From positions 32,001 to 96,000 of the IMG/VR virus record IMGVR_UViG_3300027708_000025: a DNA stretch of 64,000 nucleotides; one strand, given 5' to 3'. Shown in pieces: positions 55,285 to 64,000 of this stretch. How positions within the stretch are numbered: position 1 is the first letter of the stretch; the number at the start of each line of letters is the position of its first letter. The DNA comes from a virus. A program made the position numbers and the translations under genes. The notes below the pieces were generated by a model. It did not search any database. It had not been told where the DNA came from and saw nothing but the letters and a program-made list of their open reading frames with translations.

Positions 55285-57737
55285 CCAATTGTGTTTACGA
55301 TTGTTTTTAATGGCTCAAGATATGCTTTATCAAACTGCGTATCGTAGTCGATATATTTTTCTACGCCAAACTCTTTTGGTAAGACTGTCAGAATAGAAAA
55401 TACATTTTCTTGAACGGGATTTGGAACTTTCATGTAACAGAATTTAGTCTTATCGCCATCCTGAATAAGCTGATACTTCTTAGTCAGTTTATACTTTTTC
55501 AGAAACGTATTAAACATTATCGCACCACGCACATGCATAGGTGTGCCTTTTGAATATAGTTCCGAACTGCTCATGTATTTAGATAGATCACTAACACCAC
55601 GTGGGAATGCAATGTCTTCGAATGGAAGAGTTTTGAATTCTTGTTTGAATGCTTCAACGAAAGATTGAAAGTCTGTTTCATTACCATTCATCACAATCTT
55701 CAGAGACTCTTTAATCTTATCTCTACATGACATTGGTGTGGAAGACTTGACAGCTTCGATGCCCATCATCTTTAGCTTTGGCTCTGCGAATCGAACACCT
55801 TCAGAATCATACACGTTTAGAATGTAACGCTTCTTTGCAGTCCAGATGCCTTTGTTGGCAATCACTTCACGTTTCATCTGCATCTTCTGGTCGAATGCAT
55901 TCATGTAGTCTGCTAGTTCTTGGTACGACTTGTCGATGAATGGTTCGAATTTTTCTGTACATGCTTTGTTGACGAAATCGACAATCGTTTCAACTTTCGT
56001 TTCACTCTTCGATCCATAGACCATATGTACCAGCGGACCAAGATTGACGTACACCGAGTCTGTATCTGACGCAATAACATAATCAATATCCTTAGTCTTC
56101 AATAGTTTGTTTAGATAACCATTCAACTTCATTTCAATCCATCGAATGGCTAGTTGACCAGACAGAGTAATTGCCTCTGCTTGGCGAATGTCAAAGAACC
56201 TAAAGTATTGATTACCAAGTGCGCCATAAGCGGAGTTCAATTGTACTTTCTTTGCGAGTTGTAAGTTCTTGTACTTTGAAATCTGATTTGTTATTTCACG
56301 TTTACGTTCTTTGTCTGTTTCTTTTTCGTAAGCCTTTTGAGCCTCAATCATTTTCTTTTTGTACAATGACCGATCATCATACATGCGTTGCATCATAGCA
56401 GGCAGAAAGCCTTGCTTGTCACGCTTGAAGTAATGCCCATTGGCTGCCATGCAATATTCACCCTGTGCTTGATATTCGCTGTTCAGCAAATTATCAATAG
56501 AGATACTTGTGTGGCGACCTTCAATAATTGTTTCAGGTGAAACATTGTACTGCATAATCAAGTGTGGATACAATGAGTTCAAGTCAAACGACACAACCCA
56601 TTCATGCATACCAACAATTGGATCTTTTACATAAGCGCCAGCATACTGTTCATCTTTTGGTGTACGAACATTCTGCGGAACAACAATCTTCTGTTCAATC
56701 AATTCATTATGAATCAAAGTATCCCACATGCGTACTTGCGTGAACACATCGGTGTAATTAACTTTAGCATCATATGCAAGTGCAAGTGCCATGTCAATCA
56801 ATTGCATCTTAGCATCAATACGATCCACAAGTTCAACGTCATGGATGTTATACTCAATAAACTTTTGAAAGTTTGTTCGGTACAACTGATGCAGACTTTC
56901 AACTTCAGAGTAGTCTAATTTCTTTTCACCAAGTTCAAGATACGCAATGTGATTAAGACTAAAACTTTCTTGTTGTGAGTATGTAAACTTCTTGTATAGT
57001 TCAATGTAATCAAGAATAGCAATACCCACCAAGTCAAATGCTACTTGCTGTTTGTTATGGATCGTAGTTGTACGTTCACCGATTCTACGAAATGGTGATA
57101 GACGTTTTGCAGTATTGTCGCCCATGAGTTTTGTGATACGATTGTTCAGATATGGAATATCAAAGAATTGAATGTTCCAACCAGTTACAATGTCTGGAGA
57201 TGTTTCTTCCCACATGTCAAGGAAGCGCATGATAAGATTATTCTCATCACGACACTTCATGTACGTTACGTCATCACGATTGGTTTCAAAGTCACCACAG
57301 CCAAACACATAGAAGTGTCCAGCTATCTTAAACGTGATTGCTGTAATTGGCTCAGTCGCAGACGCAGGTTCAGGAAAACCATTTTCAGAACCAACCTCAA
57401 TGTCAATATTTGCAATCTTAATTTGTTCTGGATCATAATCTACTTTACCAGGATACGCCTCATTGATATAAACGTAAGGGAAATTTGTTGAGCCATACAC
57501 TTTGAAGTTGTCAACGTCTTCATATCGTTTCATAAACTCAGTAGCATCACGCATGGTGCCTTGTGATACAGGCGCAACCGCTTGCCCGTCTAGTGTTTTA
57601 TAATCAGAGTCTTTACCACTAGCAGATACGTACAATACTGGATTGTATTCTATCTTATCATTGAATCTCTTGCCATTGTTATAACCACGAACAAGAATAT
57701 GATTTCCGAGTTTAGAGAAGTGTGTGTAAAATTTCAT
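55239..57737 (-). CDS. gp43: family B DNA polymerase (T4 gp43)
   Basis: DIE, DLNSLYP, K..LNSAYG, DTDS, KKRY. Confidence 0.97.
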   Translation of the reverse strand: MKFYTHFSKLGNHILVRGYNNGKRFNDKIEYNPVLYVSASGKDSDYKTLDGQAVAPVSQGTMRDATEFMKRYEDVDNFKVYGSTNFPYVYINEAYPGKVDYDPEQIKIANIDIEVGSENGFPEPASATEPITAITFKIAGHFYVFGCGDFETNRDDVTYMKCRDENNLIMRFLDMWEETSPDIVTGWNIQFFDIPYLNNRITKLMGDNTAKRLSPFRRIGERTTTIHNKQQVAFDLVGIAILDYIELYKKFTYSQQESFSLNHIAYLELGEKKLDYSEVESLHQLYRTNFQKFIEYNIHDVELVDRIDAKMQLIDMALALAYDAKVNYTDVFTQVRMWDTLIHNELIEQKIVVPQNVRTPKDEQYAGAYVKDPIVGMHEWVVSFDLNSLYPHLIMQYNVSPETIIEGRHTSISIDNLLNSEYQAQGEYCMAANGHYFKRDKQGFLPAMMQRMYDDRSLYKKKMIEAQKAYEKETDKERKREITNQISKYKNLQLAKKVQLNSAYGALGNQYFRFFDIRQAEAITLSGQLAIRWIEMKLNGYLNKLLKTKDIDYVIASDTDSVYVNLGPLVHMVYGSKSETKVETIVDFVNKACTEKFEPFIDKSYQELADYMNAFDQKMQMKREVIANKGIWTAKKRYILNVYDSEGVRFAEPKLKMMGIEAVKSSTPMSCRDKIKESLKIVMNGNETDFQSFVEAFKQEFKTLPFEDIAFPRGVSDLSKYMSSSELYSKGTPMHVRGAIMFNTFLKKYKLTKKYQLIQDGDKTKFCYMKVPNPVQENVFSILTVLPKEFGVEKYIDYDTQFDKAYLEPLKTIVNTIGWKTERVSSLENFFT

Positions 57738-58042
57738 TAAATAATAATAGATTGTGTCTTAGGCATAACTATACCTGAGCCGTATATCTCATTATACTTG
57801 TTTTCAATCTCGGGCGCAACTGTTACATCATAGATTACGTTGGCACGATTGATATCTACCTTCTTTTGTTCAGAGAAGATAAGCATAGGTTGCATTTGAA
57901 GACTTGCTTTGCCATTTGGTCCCATTGCAATTGCAAGTAAGCATGGGTTTTCAATTGAAAATATAGCACCATTACGTTCTGTAATGTTACCAACAATTTC
58001 TTCACCAGTGCTTAATTTTAAAATTCTAAGTTCATTTTGCAT
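57737..58042 (-). CDS. Sm-like hypothetical protein
   Basis: LKLSTGEEIV...Y...YGSGIV. Confidence 0.65.
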   Translation of the reverse strand: MQNELRILKLSTGEEIVGNITERNGAIFSIENPCLLAIAMGPNGKASLQMQPMLIFSEQKKVDINRANVIYDVTVAPEIENKYNEIYGSGIVMPKTQSIII

Positions 58043-58059
58043 AATATATCTCCATAATT

Positions 58060-58086
58060 AAAAATGGGTGCCATTGCGGCACCCAT
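58060..58086 (-). terminator. intrinsic terminator
   Basis: ATGGGTGCC-GCAAT-GGCACCCAT-TTTT. Confidence 0.8.
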
Positions 58087-58090
58087 GGTG

Positions 58091-58156
58091 TTATTTAAAA
58101 CGCTCTGGGAAGTTTAAACGTTCCCACTCTTCATCGGATACTGGCCACCAGTTCAT
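58091..58156 (-). CDS. microprotein MNWWPVSDEEWERLNFPERFK
   Basis: Hand-translated; ATGA overlap. Confidence 0.5.
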   Translation of the reverse strand: MNWWPVSDEEWERLNFPERFK

Positions 58157-58239
58157 ATCCAACCTTTTAGATCAATAATTGGATGTACTTCCCAACCATC
58201 TCTCTTCCATCTTAGAAGCATTAGTAGCGCATCAATCAT
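58153..58239 (-). CDS. microprotein MIDALLMLLRWKRDGWEVHPIIDLKGWI
   Basis: Hand-translated; ATGA overlap. Confidence 0.5.
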   Translation of the reverse strand: MIDALLMLLRWKRDGWEVHPIIDLKGWI

Positions 58240-58397
58240 AGCATACCTTTGCGTACTAATTCTTGCTGTTTGTTTTCCAAATCTTTATGGTCTACAGATT
58301 GCGATAGATAGTATTCAGCAAAACCTTTTGCTTTATAAGATTTTGCTTCTTGAATACCTTCAAGAATTGCCATGAAGAATTTTTTTACTGATTTCAT
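58236..58397 (-). CDS. DUF3563-like small protein (53 aa)
   Basis: YLSQSVDHKDLENKQQEL motif; ATGA overlap with hsp20. Confidence 0.6.
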   Translation of the reverse strand: MKSVKKFFMAILEGIQEAKSYKAKGFAEYYLSQSVDHKDLENKQQELVRKGML

Positions 58398-58897
58398 AAT
58401 ACATCATCCTCAGTTAAATATTCTTTAGAAGTTTTTTTAGTTTTAGATTCAGCATCCTTAACTTCAATCTTCTTTGGCTTCTTGTGTTCTGGAATGATTC
58501 GTTCCAAAGCAATCTTCAACATGCCATTAATCAAAGCGGCATCTTGAATTTCGATTTGGTCATCAAGTGCAAATGTGCGAGTGAATGCACGATTGGCGAT
58601 TCCTTTGAACAAGAAATTATCGTTATCGTCTTGTGTATTACCAGAAACAATAAGTTTATTGGCTTCTAATGTGATATCGATTTCTTGTTTACCAAAACCA
58701 GCAACAGCAATTTCAATGACATAAGTGTTGTCACCAGTCTTGCGAATGTTGTAAGGTGGGTAGTTTGGAATGTTTTTAGTTAAATCGTCATGCATCTTTG
58801 CCATGCGATTAAATTGGTCATCAAAGCCGACAAAGAATTTGTCAAAATCTTTAAAACCTGTTCCACCAAAGATAGTGGGTAATGGTGTGTGTCCCAT
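58394..58897 (-). CDS. small heat-shock protein Hsp20
   Basis: NYPPYNI, IAVAGF, GIA.R.F.R.F, NGML.I. Confidence 0.93.
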   Translation of the reverse strand: MGHTPLPTIFGGTGFKDFDKFFVGFDDQFNRMAKMHDDLTKNIPNYPPYNIRKTGDNTYVIEIAVAGFGKQEIDITLEANKLIVSGNTQDDNDNFLFKGIANRAFTRTFALDDQIEIQDAALINGMLKIALERIIPEHKKPKKIEVKDAESKTKKTSKEYLTEDDVL

Positions 58898-59054
58898 AGT
58901 TTTTCTCCTATTAAGCGAGTTTAAAAAATTTGATACCCCGAAGGCATATCATTAAAATCCTGCTTACTGAATACAGGGGTACCATAACGTTGTACCAGCG
59001 TTAGACGCTCCTAAGGTAGAAGAGCCATTAACGTTCCCATCCCTGAGATACGTT

Positions 59055-59062
59055 TATTTATA
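59055..59062 (-). promoter_or_regulatory. T4-type late promoter TATAAATA
   Basis: Exact consensus upstream of the hsp20 leader. Confidence 0.7.
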
Positions 59063-59067
59063 ACAGA

Positions 59068-59295
59068 TTAAGCCTGTCCAACCATTCTGCGTGAAACAAA
59101 ATATGTTGTGTTACCTTCTGTGTTCATATCTTTACGAACCTTGTAGCCGCTTTGGCGCAAGTCGCTGATACGGGCACGAAGGTTTTTAATGCCAAACAAA
59201 GACCTTGCTTGGGGTGCAGAGATTCCACGACCTGTACCACGCAAGTACGATACCAAGAGTTCTGTCTGTGTTTTGCTAGAATTTACAAATGCCAT
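59068..59295 (-). CDS. winged-helix HTH protein
   Basis: FGIKNLRARISDLR..GY. Confidence 0.75.
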   Translation of the reverse strand: MAFVNSSKTQTELLVSYLRGTGRGISAPQARSLFGIKNLRARISDLRQSGYKVRKDMNTEGNTTYFVSRRMVGQA

Positions 59296-59338
59296 TTTAA
59301 ATACCTCATCAATTAATGATAAAAAAGAATGCTAAGAA

Positions 59339-59563
59339 TTATTTCTTAGCAGGTGTTTCAGCCTCTGTTTTTTTTGCGGCTTTCTCTTTTGGAGTAATCA
59401 CTTTAGGATGTGGTTTCTCTTTAGAGTCTGCTTTAGCGGCAGGTGCTGATGCTGTTGTTGCAGGTTTGTCAGCAGGTTTTGTTTCTGCTGGTTTGTCTGC
59501 CGCAACGGCAACTAGGGAGAGAGTAGTAAGTGCTACTGCTGTCAATACTTTAATGGATTTCAT
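59339..59563 (-). CDS. small secreted Lys/Ala/Pro-rich protein
   Basis: Signal peptide MKSIKVL; SD GGAG. Confidence 0.65.
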   Translation of the reverse strand: MKSIKVLTAVALTTLSLVAVAADKPAETKPADKPATTASAPAAKADSKEKPHPKVITPKEKAAKKTEAETPAKK

Positions 59564-59616
59564 AGAATCTCCTAATTTGTTTTGAGATAACATTATCTCA
59601 TAATATATAACGTTTG

Positions 59617-60054
59617 TCAAGCCTTTAAGGTTGACCTAATCATCCATGCGTGTTTACCAAATGCATCTTGGCGATCAGCCATAAAATTACTTATGTTGTG
59701 TGCATGATTTTGTTCGGCAAGTTCGTATGCACGTTCAATGCTTGCTAACATTACTGGAATGTCTTCTGATAATCTTTGTAACATTACTTCTGCTGGTGAC
59801 ACAGTTTCATCACCTTGAATTTGTGATAACTGAATAAATCGATTAAAACTTCCTGGTGCATATGAATCCAATGAACGAATTTCTTCTGCAATTTTATCCA
59901 CAACGCCGTAAACTTCAGTATAAATGTTTTCTAAGAATTCGTGATACTGAGGAAAGTTAGGACCAGTTATGTTCCAATGATAGTAATGTGCCTTCAAATA
60001 AAATGCGTAATGATTTGCCAAAACTACTTTTAATGATTGTACTAGTTCTTCCAT
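59617..60054 (-). CDS. dps: Dps / ferritin-like protein
   Basis: K.H.YHWNI.G..F..YH, D.IAE.IR, K.AWM. Confidence 0.9.
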   Translation of the reverse strand: MEELVQSLKVVLANHYAFYLKAHYYHWNITGPNFPQYHEFLENIYTEVYGVVDKIAEEIRSLDSYAPGSFNRFIQLSQIQGDETVSPAEVMLQRLSEDIPVMLASIERAYELAEQNHAHNISNFMADRQDAFGKHAWMIRSTLKA

Positions 60055-60468
60055 TTAATTTTCTTCCCTCTTTTTGCTTCCGATGTTATACTTTGCTGTT
60101 AATAACCATTCATCTTTTTCTTTATATGAAATAATTTTAATCTGTGATAAAGGTGCAATTGGTTGTTCGGTATCTGTTGCTTTAGGAACAATTTCAATCA
60201 GTCCCCATTCAGCTAATAGTTTACCTATCGTATTACGTCTTGCTAAATCGTTTTCTTCAAAGTCAGTTGGTTTGCCATCTAATGCAAATAACTCTTTAAA
60301 ATGTACAATATAATATTTTCCTTTTTTATGTAAAATATGACACGATTGATATAGAGTTTTATCTTTTCTAGATGCTACACCTATTCTTGTCAATGTTTCT
60401 TTTACCTTAAGAAAATCATCATCTTGCTTTAATCTTACTTCAAGTAAGTCTTCAATGTTCACCGCCAT
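60055..60468 (-). CDS. regA: translational repressor RegA
   Basis: DDFLKVKETLTRIG, LYQSCHILHK.G.YYIVHFKE. Confidence 0.96.
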   Translation of the reverse strand: MAVNIEDLLEVRLKQDDDFLKVKETLTRIGVASRKDKTLYQSCHILHKKGKYYIVHFKELFALDGKPTDFEENDLARRNTIGKLLAEWGLIEIVPKATDTEQPIAPLSQIKIISYKEKDEWLLTAKYNIGSKKREEN

Positions 60469-60871
60469 TCTTTTTCTCCTTAGACTTCAATCCACCTTTT
60501 TCTAGTTTTTGTCGCATGATTTTAAGTTGATCGGAGGTTATGAGATTCTGTACTTGTTTAGCTTTAGCATAACTATAGCCAAAATATTCTGAAATCACAT
60601 TAATGTCCTCAACTATTTCATTCTTAAACCATTTGCTGAACCTTTTTCGTGGTCTGATGGTATTTAGTAAATAGAGAAACTGAGGTTTGTTGTCTAAGAG
60701 ATGACGGCTGTTCATCTCATTTGCATATAAGATTGTGTCTGAAAAGTAAGATAGTCCTTTATTAACGATGTACGCATTGTACGATTTTTCGGATAAGTCA
60801 TCATTGTCAGTACCAACCATCATGTTTTCTTTTGATTGGTTGATAGCGTTTAAATAGTCAAATGGTGTCAT
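60452..60871 (-). CDS. gp62: clamp loader small subunit (gp62)
   Basis: Synteny; ANEMN, R.RKRFSKW. Confidence 0.9.
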   Translation of the reverse strand: MTPFDYLNAINQSKENMMVGTDNDDLSEKSYNAYIVNKGLSYFSDTILYANEMNSRHLLDNKPQFLYLLNTIRPRKRFSKWFKNEIVEDINVISEYFGYSYAKAKQVQNLITSDQLKIMRQKLEKGGLKSKEKKNGGEH

Positions 60872-61806
60872 TTGAATTCACAGTCAACCATTACTTCGGT
60901 TAAGAAAGCGACAAAGTTGATTTCTTGGTCAACGACAAATGCAGACTTGTATTGATAGTCAGCAAGCAATAGAACCATACGTGGAATAGAATCGGGTTTC
61001 AAACATTCGTTGCTATTGTCAAAGATTCGTTTGAATAATACTGATGGTTCATTGTCTAGATTTTCTGCAACCCACTTACGCATACCCGTGAAGTCTTTTG
61101 CTTTCAATCTTTCAACCAATGTCTTGAAATTGTCACTTGAGATATTTGCAAGAATTCCAGTATCAATCTTACCCGTAGCAGAGTAACGTTGCAGTTCATT
61201 GAGAACACGCCTCCAATCAGGAAAGTGTTTCATAATAAGTTCAGCAACAACTTTTTCTTCAAACTCTACATTTTCTTTTTGCAGAATGCCAGTCATGCGT
61301 TTCATAAAACGACCAGCAAGTTTTGGCTTGTCTGCGGCGTTTATCTTAAATTGTACAACAGAGCACCGGCTATGAAGTGGGGCGATGATACGATTAAGAA
61401 AGTTGCAAGTAAGGATAAAACCACAGTTAGCAGAAAACTCTTCCATGAAGTTCCTGAGTGCGGGTTGAGTAGATTGAGGGTTAAGGTAATCAGCCTCATC
61501 AAGTATGACATATTTTCTTCCACCAGAGAATGATACAGTTGATGCAAAGTTTTTAATTTCATTGCGTAGCGTATCAATGTTGCCGTTCATTGATCCATTG
61601 ATAACAATATAATTACATCCAAGTTCTTCAAGCATAGCCTTTGCGATAGTAGTTTTACCTACACCAGGACCGCCTGTAAGAATTAGATTGGGTACGTTCT
61701 TTTGCTCAACGAATTGTTGGAACGTAGCCTTTAAGTCTGCTGGAAGAATTGTGTCTTCAACAGTTTTTGGTCGATACTTCTCGACCCACAAAAAATCTTG
61801 TAGCAT
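60868..61806 (-). CDS. gp44: clamp loader large subunit (gp44)
   Basis: WVEKYRP, GPGVGKTT, DEAD, SRC. Confidence 0.96.
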   Translation of the reverse strand: MLQDFLWVEKYRPKTVEDTILPADLKATFQQFVEQKNVPNLILTGGPGVGKTTIAKAMLEELGCNYIVINGSMNGNIDTLRNEIKNFASTVSFSGGRKYVILDEADYLNPQSTQPALRNFMEEFSANCGFILTCNFLNRIIAPLHSRCSVVQFKINAADKPKLAGRFMKRMTGILQKENVEFEEKVVAELIMKHFPDWRRVLNELQRYSATGKIDTGILANISSDNFKTLVERLKAKDFTGMRKWVAENLDNEPSVLFKRIFDNSNECLKPDSIPRMVLLLADYQYKSAFVVDQEINFVAFLTEVMVDCEFK

Positions 61807-61871
61807 GTGTTCACCTTATCATAACATAAAAATATATTCTAACACATTGCATGTTAGAATGCAAGCGAGTG

Positions 61872-62135
61872 TTACTTAGCCACACTCTCATAGAGGGTCT
61901 CAACATCATCTTGTTCTTGTTGGACCTCGGTGAAGTTTTGTTTGTGATAAATCTTTGCAAGTTTGCGAGTATACTTTTTAGGCAACTCAAATTTATCTTC
62001 CACGCTAGTAAGAATGTCTTTAATCAAATCACGTTCTGCTTCAATGCGAGTAAGTGAGTTTGAAATTTCAACAAGTGCATCCAGAATCTTTTTACGATCC
62101 TCTGGAGAAGACGGAACAATTACGTTACTACTCAT
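61872..62135 (-). CDS. T4 DsbA-like dsDNA-binding protein
   Basis: E.S..L.RIE.E...IKDI...KL.KIYHKQ; start corrected. Confidence 0.7.
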   Translation of the reverse strand: MSSNVIVPSSPEDRKKILDALVEISNSLTRIEAERDLIKDILTSVEDKFELPKKYTRKLAKIYHKQNFTEVQQEQDDVETLYESVAK

Positions 62136-62139
62136 TATA

Positions 62140-62811
62140 TTAACCTTCGTACTTAGAGCCAGCTTCAGTAGCAATCCAATATTCAATTTGGTCAGTCGCA
62201 TGTTTGAAATGCGAAATGCCTTTAGATGAAATAGATACATCATATGTACCTGGAACCATCTTAAGATTTTCTGTATTGAAAATCATTTTGAAATTAGATG
62301 TAGTCTCACCAACTTTAATTGAGAAGTTGTCAGACTCATCATTCTTAACATCTAGTGCAGAGATAGAGATTTCAGTACCATCACCAACAACAGCAATGTT
62401 TGGAAGACCCAAGATACCAGACAACTTCAATACTTGATTCATATCGTCTTTTGTCAGTTTGAAATTCACTTCGGAGTTTTCAACCTTGATCTCTTTTGCT
62501 GGTGGTGCAACAATCATAGATTCATCAGCAAGTCCGTATGTAGTTTTAGATGTGCCAGATTTAACTGTAAGATTATTTGCATCAGTATTGATAACAATTT
62601 CTGGATCAGTTAAAGAACTGCAAAGAGAAAGGAATCGATTCAAGTCATAAATGACAAAATCTTTTTCAAATGTTTCTGTTACAGTTGCTTTGCCTAGTAC
62701 GTTCTGTCCTTTGGAGATAGTTCGCACTACAGAGCCTTCTTTGAATTGCATACCAGCATTAATGGTTGCAAAGTTTTTGAGAACGTTAATTGTTGATTCG
62801 CTTAATTTCAT
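62140..62811 (-). CDS. gp45: sliding clamp (gp45)
   Basis: MKLS..T..VLKNFATIN, IYDL..FL, Y.IA.E. Confidence 0.93.
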   Translation of the reverse strand: MKLSESTINVLKNFATINAGMQFKEGSVVRTISKGQNVLGKATVTETFEKDFVIYDLNRFLSLCSSLTDPEIVINTDANNLTVKSGTSKTTYGLADESMIVAPPAKEIKVENSEVNFKLTKDDMNQVLKLSGILGLPNIAVVGDGTEISISALDVKNDESDNFSIKVGETTSNFKMIFNTENLKMVPGTYDVSISSKGISHFKHATDQIEYWIATEAGSKYEG

Positions 62812-63085
62812 TTTGTTTTCCTTCATTCAAGTCGTGTACGTGTAGCATGATTATAGCATAGTGTAAAATTTTTAGCAAGTCTTTACGATTTCGTCCGTCT
62901 TTCTTGCCATATCTTTGTGCATATTTCAGCACATTCCCAATACAGAATCCTTCACCATGTCCACCATCAATGATGAATTCTGTTGCTTGAAATTTGTCAC
63001 GGGAATAATGTTGCCCGTATGTTGAGTCAATGTAAGACTTCAATTCTGTTAAAGTCTTATCTTCATTGTATCGATAATCCGTCAT
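62786..63085 (-). CDS. DUF3310-like protein
   Basis: TY..HY, GFC.GN..KY..RYGKK.G...DL.K. Confidence 0.8.
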   Translation of the reverse strand: MTDYRYNEDKTLTELKSYIDSTYGQHYSRDKFQATEFIIDGGHGEGFCIGNVLKYAQRYGKKDGRNRKDLLKILHYAIIMLHVHDLNEGKQNEIKRINN

Positions 63086-63939
63086 TTTAAATCCGAATCA
63101 CCACGCTTCATAACATCATCACCAGCAGTAGGTGAAACATTAATAGATGCAAGTGCTTGCAAAGAACCACCAAAGATATAACTACCAGCGTGTTTCAAAC
63201 GCAACCATGGAAGCAACCATACCTTACCACCAGCCTTACGCATCCATTGGCAGAACATGTAATCTTCTGATAGATAGCGTTTTGTGTCTGGACAAATAAC
63301 GCAATCAAAGTAAGCCATGATTTCTCTGCTACCATCAAAGTTTGCGGTACGCACATGATCTGGTTTATAACTTTGTGCTGGAAACGCTTTGTCGTATTTT
63401 TCAAGTCCGTCACGGGTAATGAGCATGAAGCCAGTACCGCTTTCTTTCACTTCAACTGGTTCGTCAACTCTGAATTTAGTTACACCATCTGCTGGATTGA
63501 AAACAAAGTCGCCAACAAATTCTTCCAAATTATTTGGATTCTGATCTGCATAGCCTTTGTCAACTGCAACTTTAATCTTCTCCCAAGAAATTGCTTTCTT
63601 TGGATATGGACCACAAACAACATCCATGTCATCACGGGTTGCCGCAAAGTGCATCATAACCAAAACATCCTGCGCCTCAAAATGAATATCACTATCAATA
63701 AAAATCATGTAGTCCATACCACTTCGGACAAATTCATCTGTTAGATAATTTCTAGCACGTTGCACTAGTGATTCATTAAAGATAAAAAATAGTTTTGCTT
63801 CAATACCATATTTGGTACAAAGAATCATAAGGTCTGTGATTGCCTTAGTATACGAACCATGACATTGCCCACCATACATTGGGGTTGCGACAAAAAGTTT
63901 TTTGGTTCTTAGTTTTTGAATATCAATTTCAAATTGCAT
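63082..63939 (-). CDS. GT-A glycosyltransferase-like protein
   Basis: ATPMYGG, ESLVQRARN, FIDSD, GTGFM, LSEDY.FC. Confidence 0.75.
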   Translation of the reverse strand: MQFEIDIQKLRTKKLFVATPMYGGQCHGSYTKAITDLMILCTKYGIEAKLFFIFNESLVQRARNYLTDEFVRSGMDYMIFIDSDIHFEAQDVLVMMHFAATRDDMDVVCGPYPKKAISWEKIKVAVDKGYADQNPNNLEEFVGDFVFNPADGVTKFRVDEPVEVKESGTGFMLITRDGLEKYDKAFPAQSYKPDHVRTANFDGSREIMAYFDCVICPDTKRYLSEDYMFCQWMRKAGGKVWLLPWLRLKHAGSYIFGGSLQALASINVSPTAGDDVMKRGDSDLK

Positions 63940-64000
63940 AATCTCTCCATGTTTAATAAAATTATCTCACTATTATATATAAAAAAAGAGGCTACGTCAA

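Noticed and set aside
31984-57737. Introns or inteins in nrdA, nrdB, gp41, uvsX or gp43
   Set aside because: All are continuous and of normal length.
104-63744. Numerous plus-strand ORFs outside 21879-23969
   Set aside because: They are antisense shadows of well-supported minus-strand genes, without RBS or motifs.

Overview
A 64-kb segment of a large AT-rich T4-like myophage genome, almost all on the minus strand. IscU, a PbpG-like peptidase, a DUF3563-like microprotein and the boxA variant suggest a betaproteobacterial host (inference). The right part holds the T4 replication core (gp45, gp44, gp62, regA, gp43, uvsX, gp41, gp61, nrdAB, rnh) with hsp20, dps, iscU/erpA, virion/internal proteins and lysis genes. 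The left part holds short early-gene cassettes, each headed by a repeated sigma70-type promoter with a GTTG-N8-CAAC palindrome, and a 24-tRNA array (19 amino acids, no Phe) interleaved with four structured non-tRNA RNAs. The main finding is at the head of the tRNA array (12427-12614): an unannotated 38-codon leader ORF overlaps an antiterminator/terminator switch and is followed by a boxA. The leader uses the same 19 amino acids the array serves and lacks Phe. This looks like a ribosome-stalling attenuator that senses general tRNA depletion and switches on the phage's own tRNAs. All calls were made by eye, without database searches.
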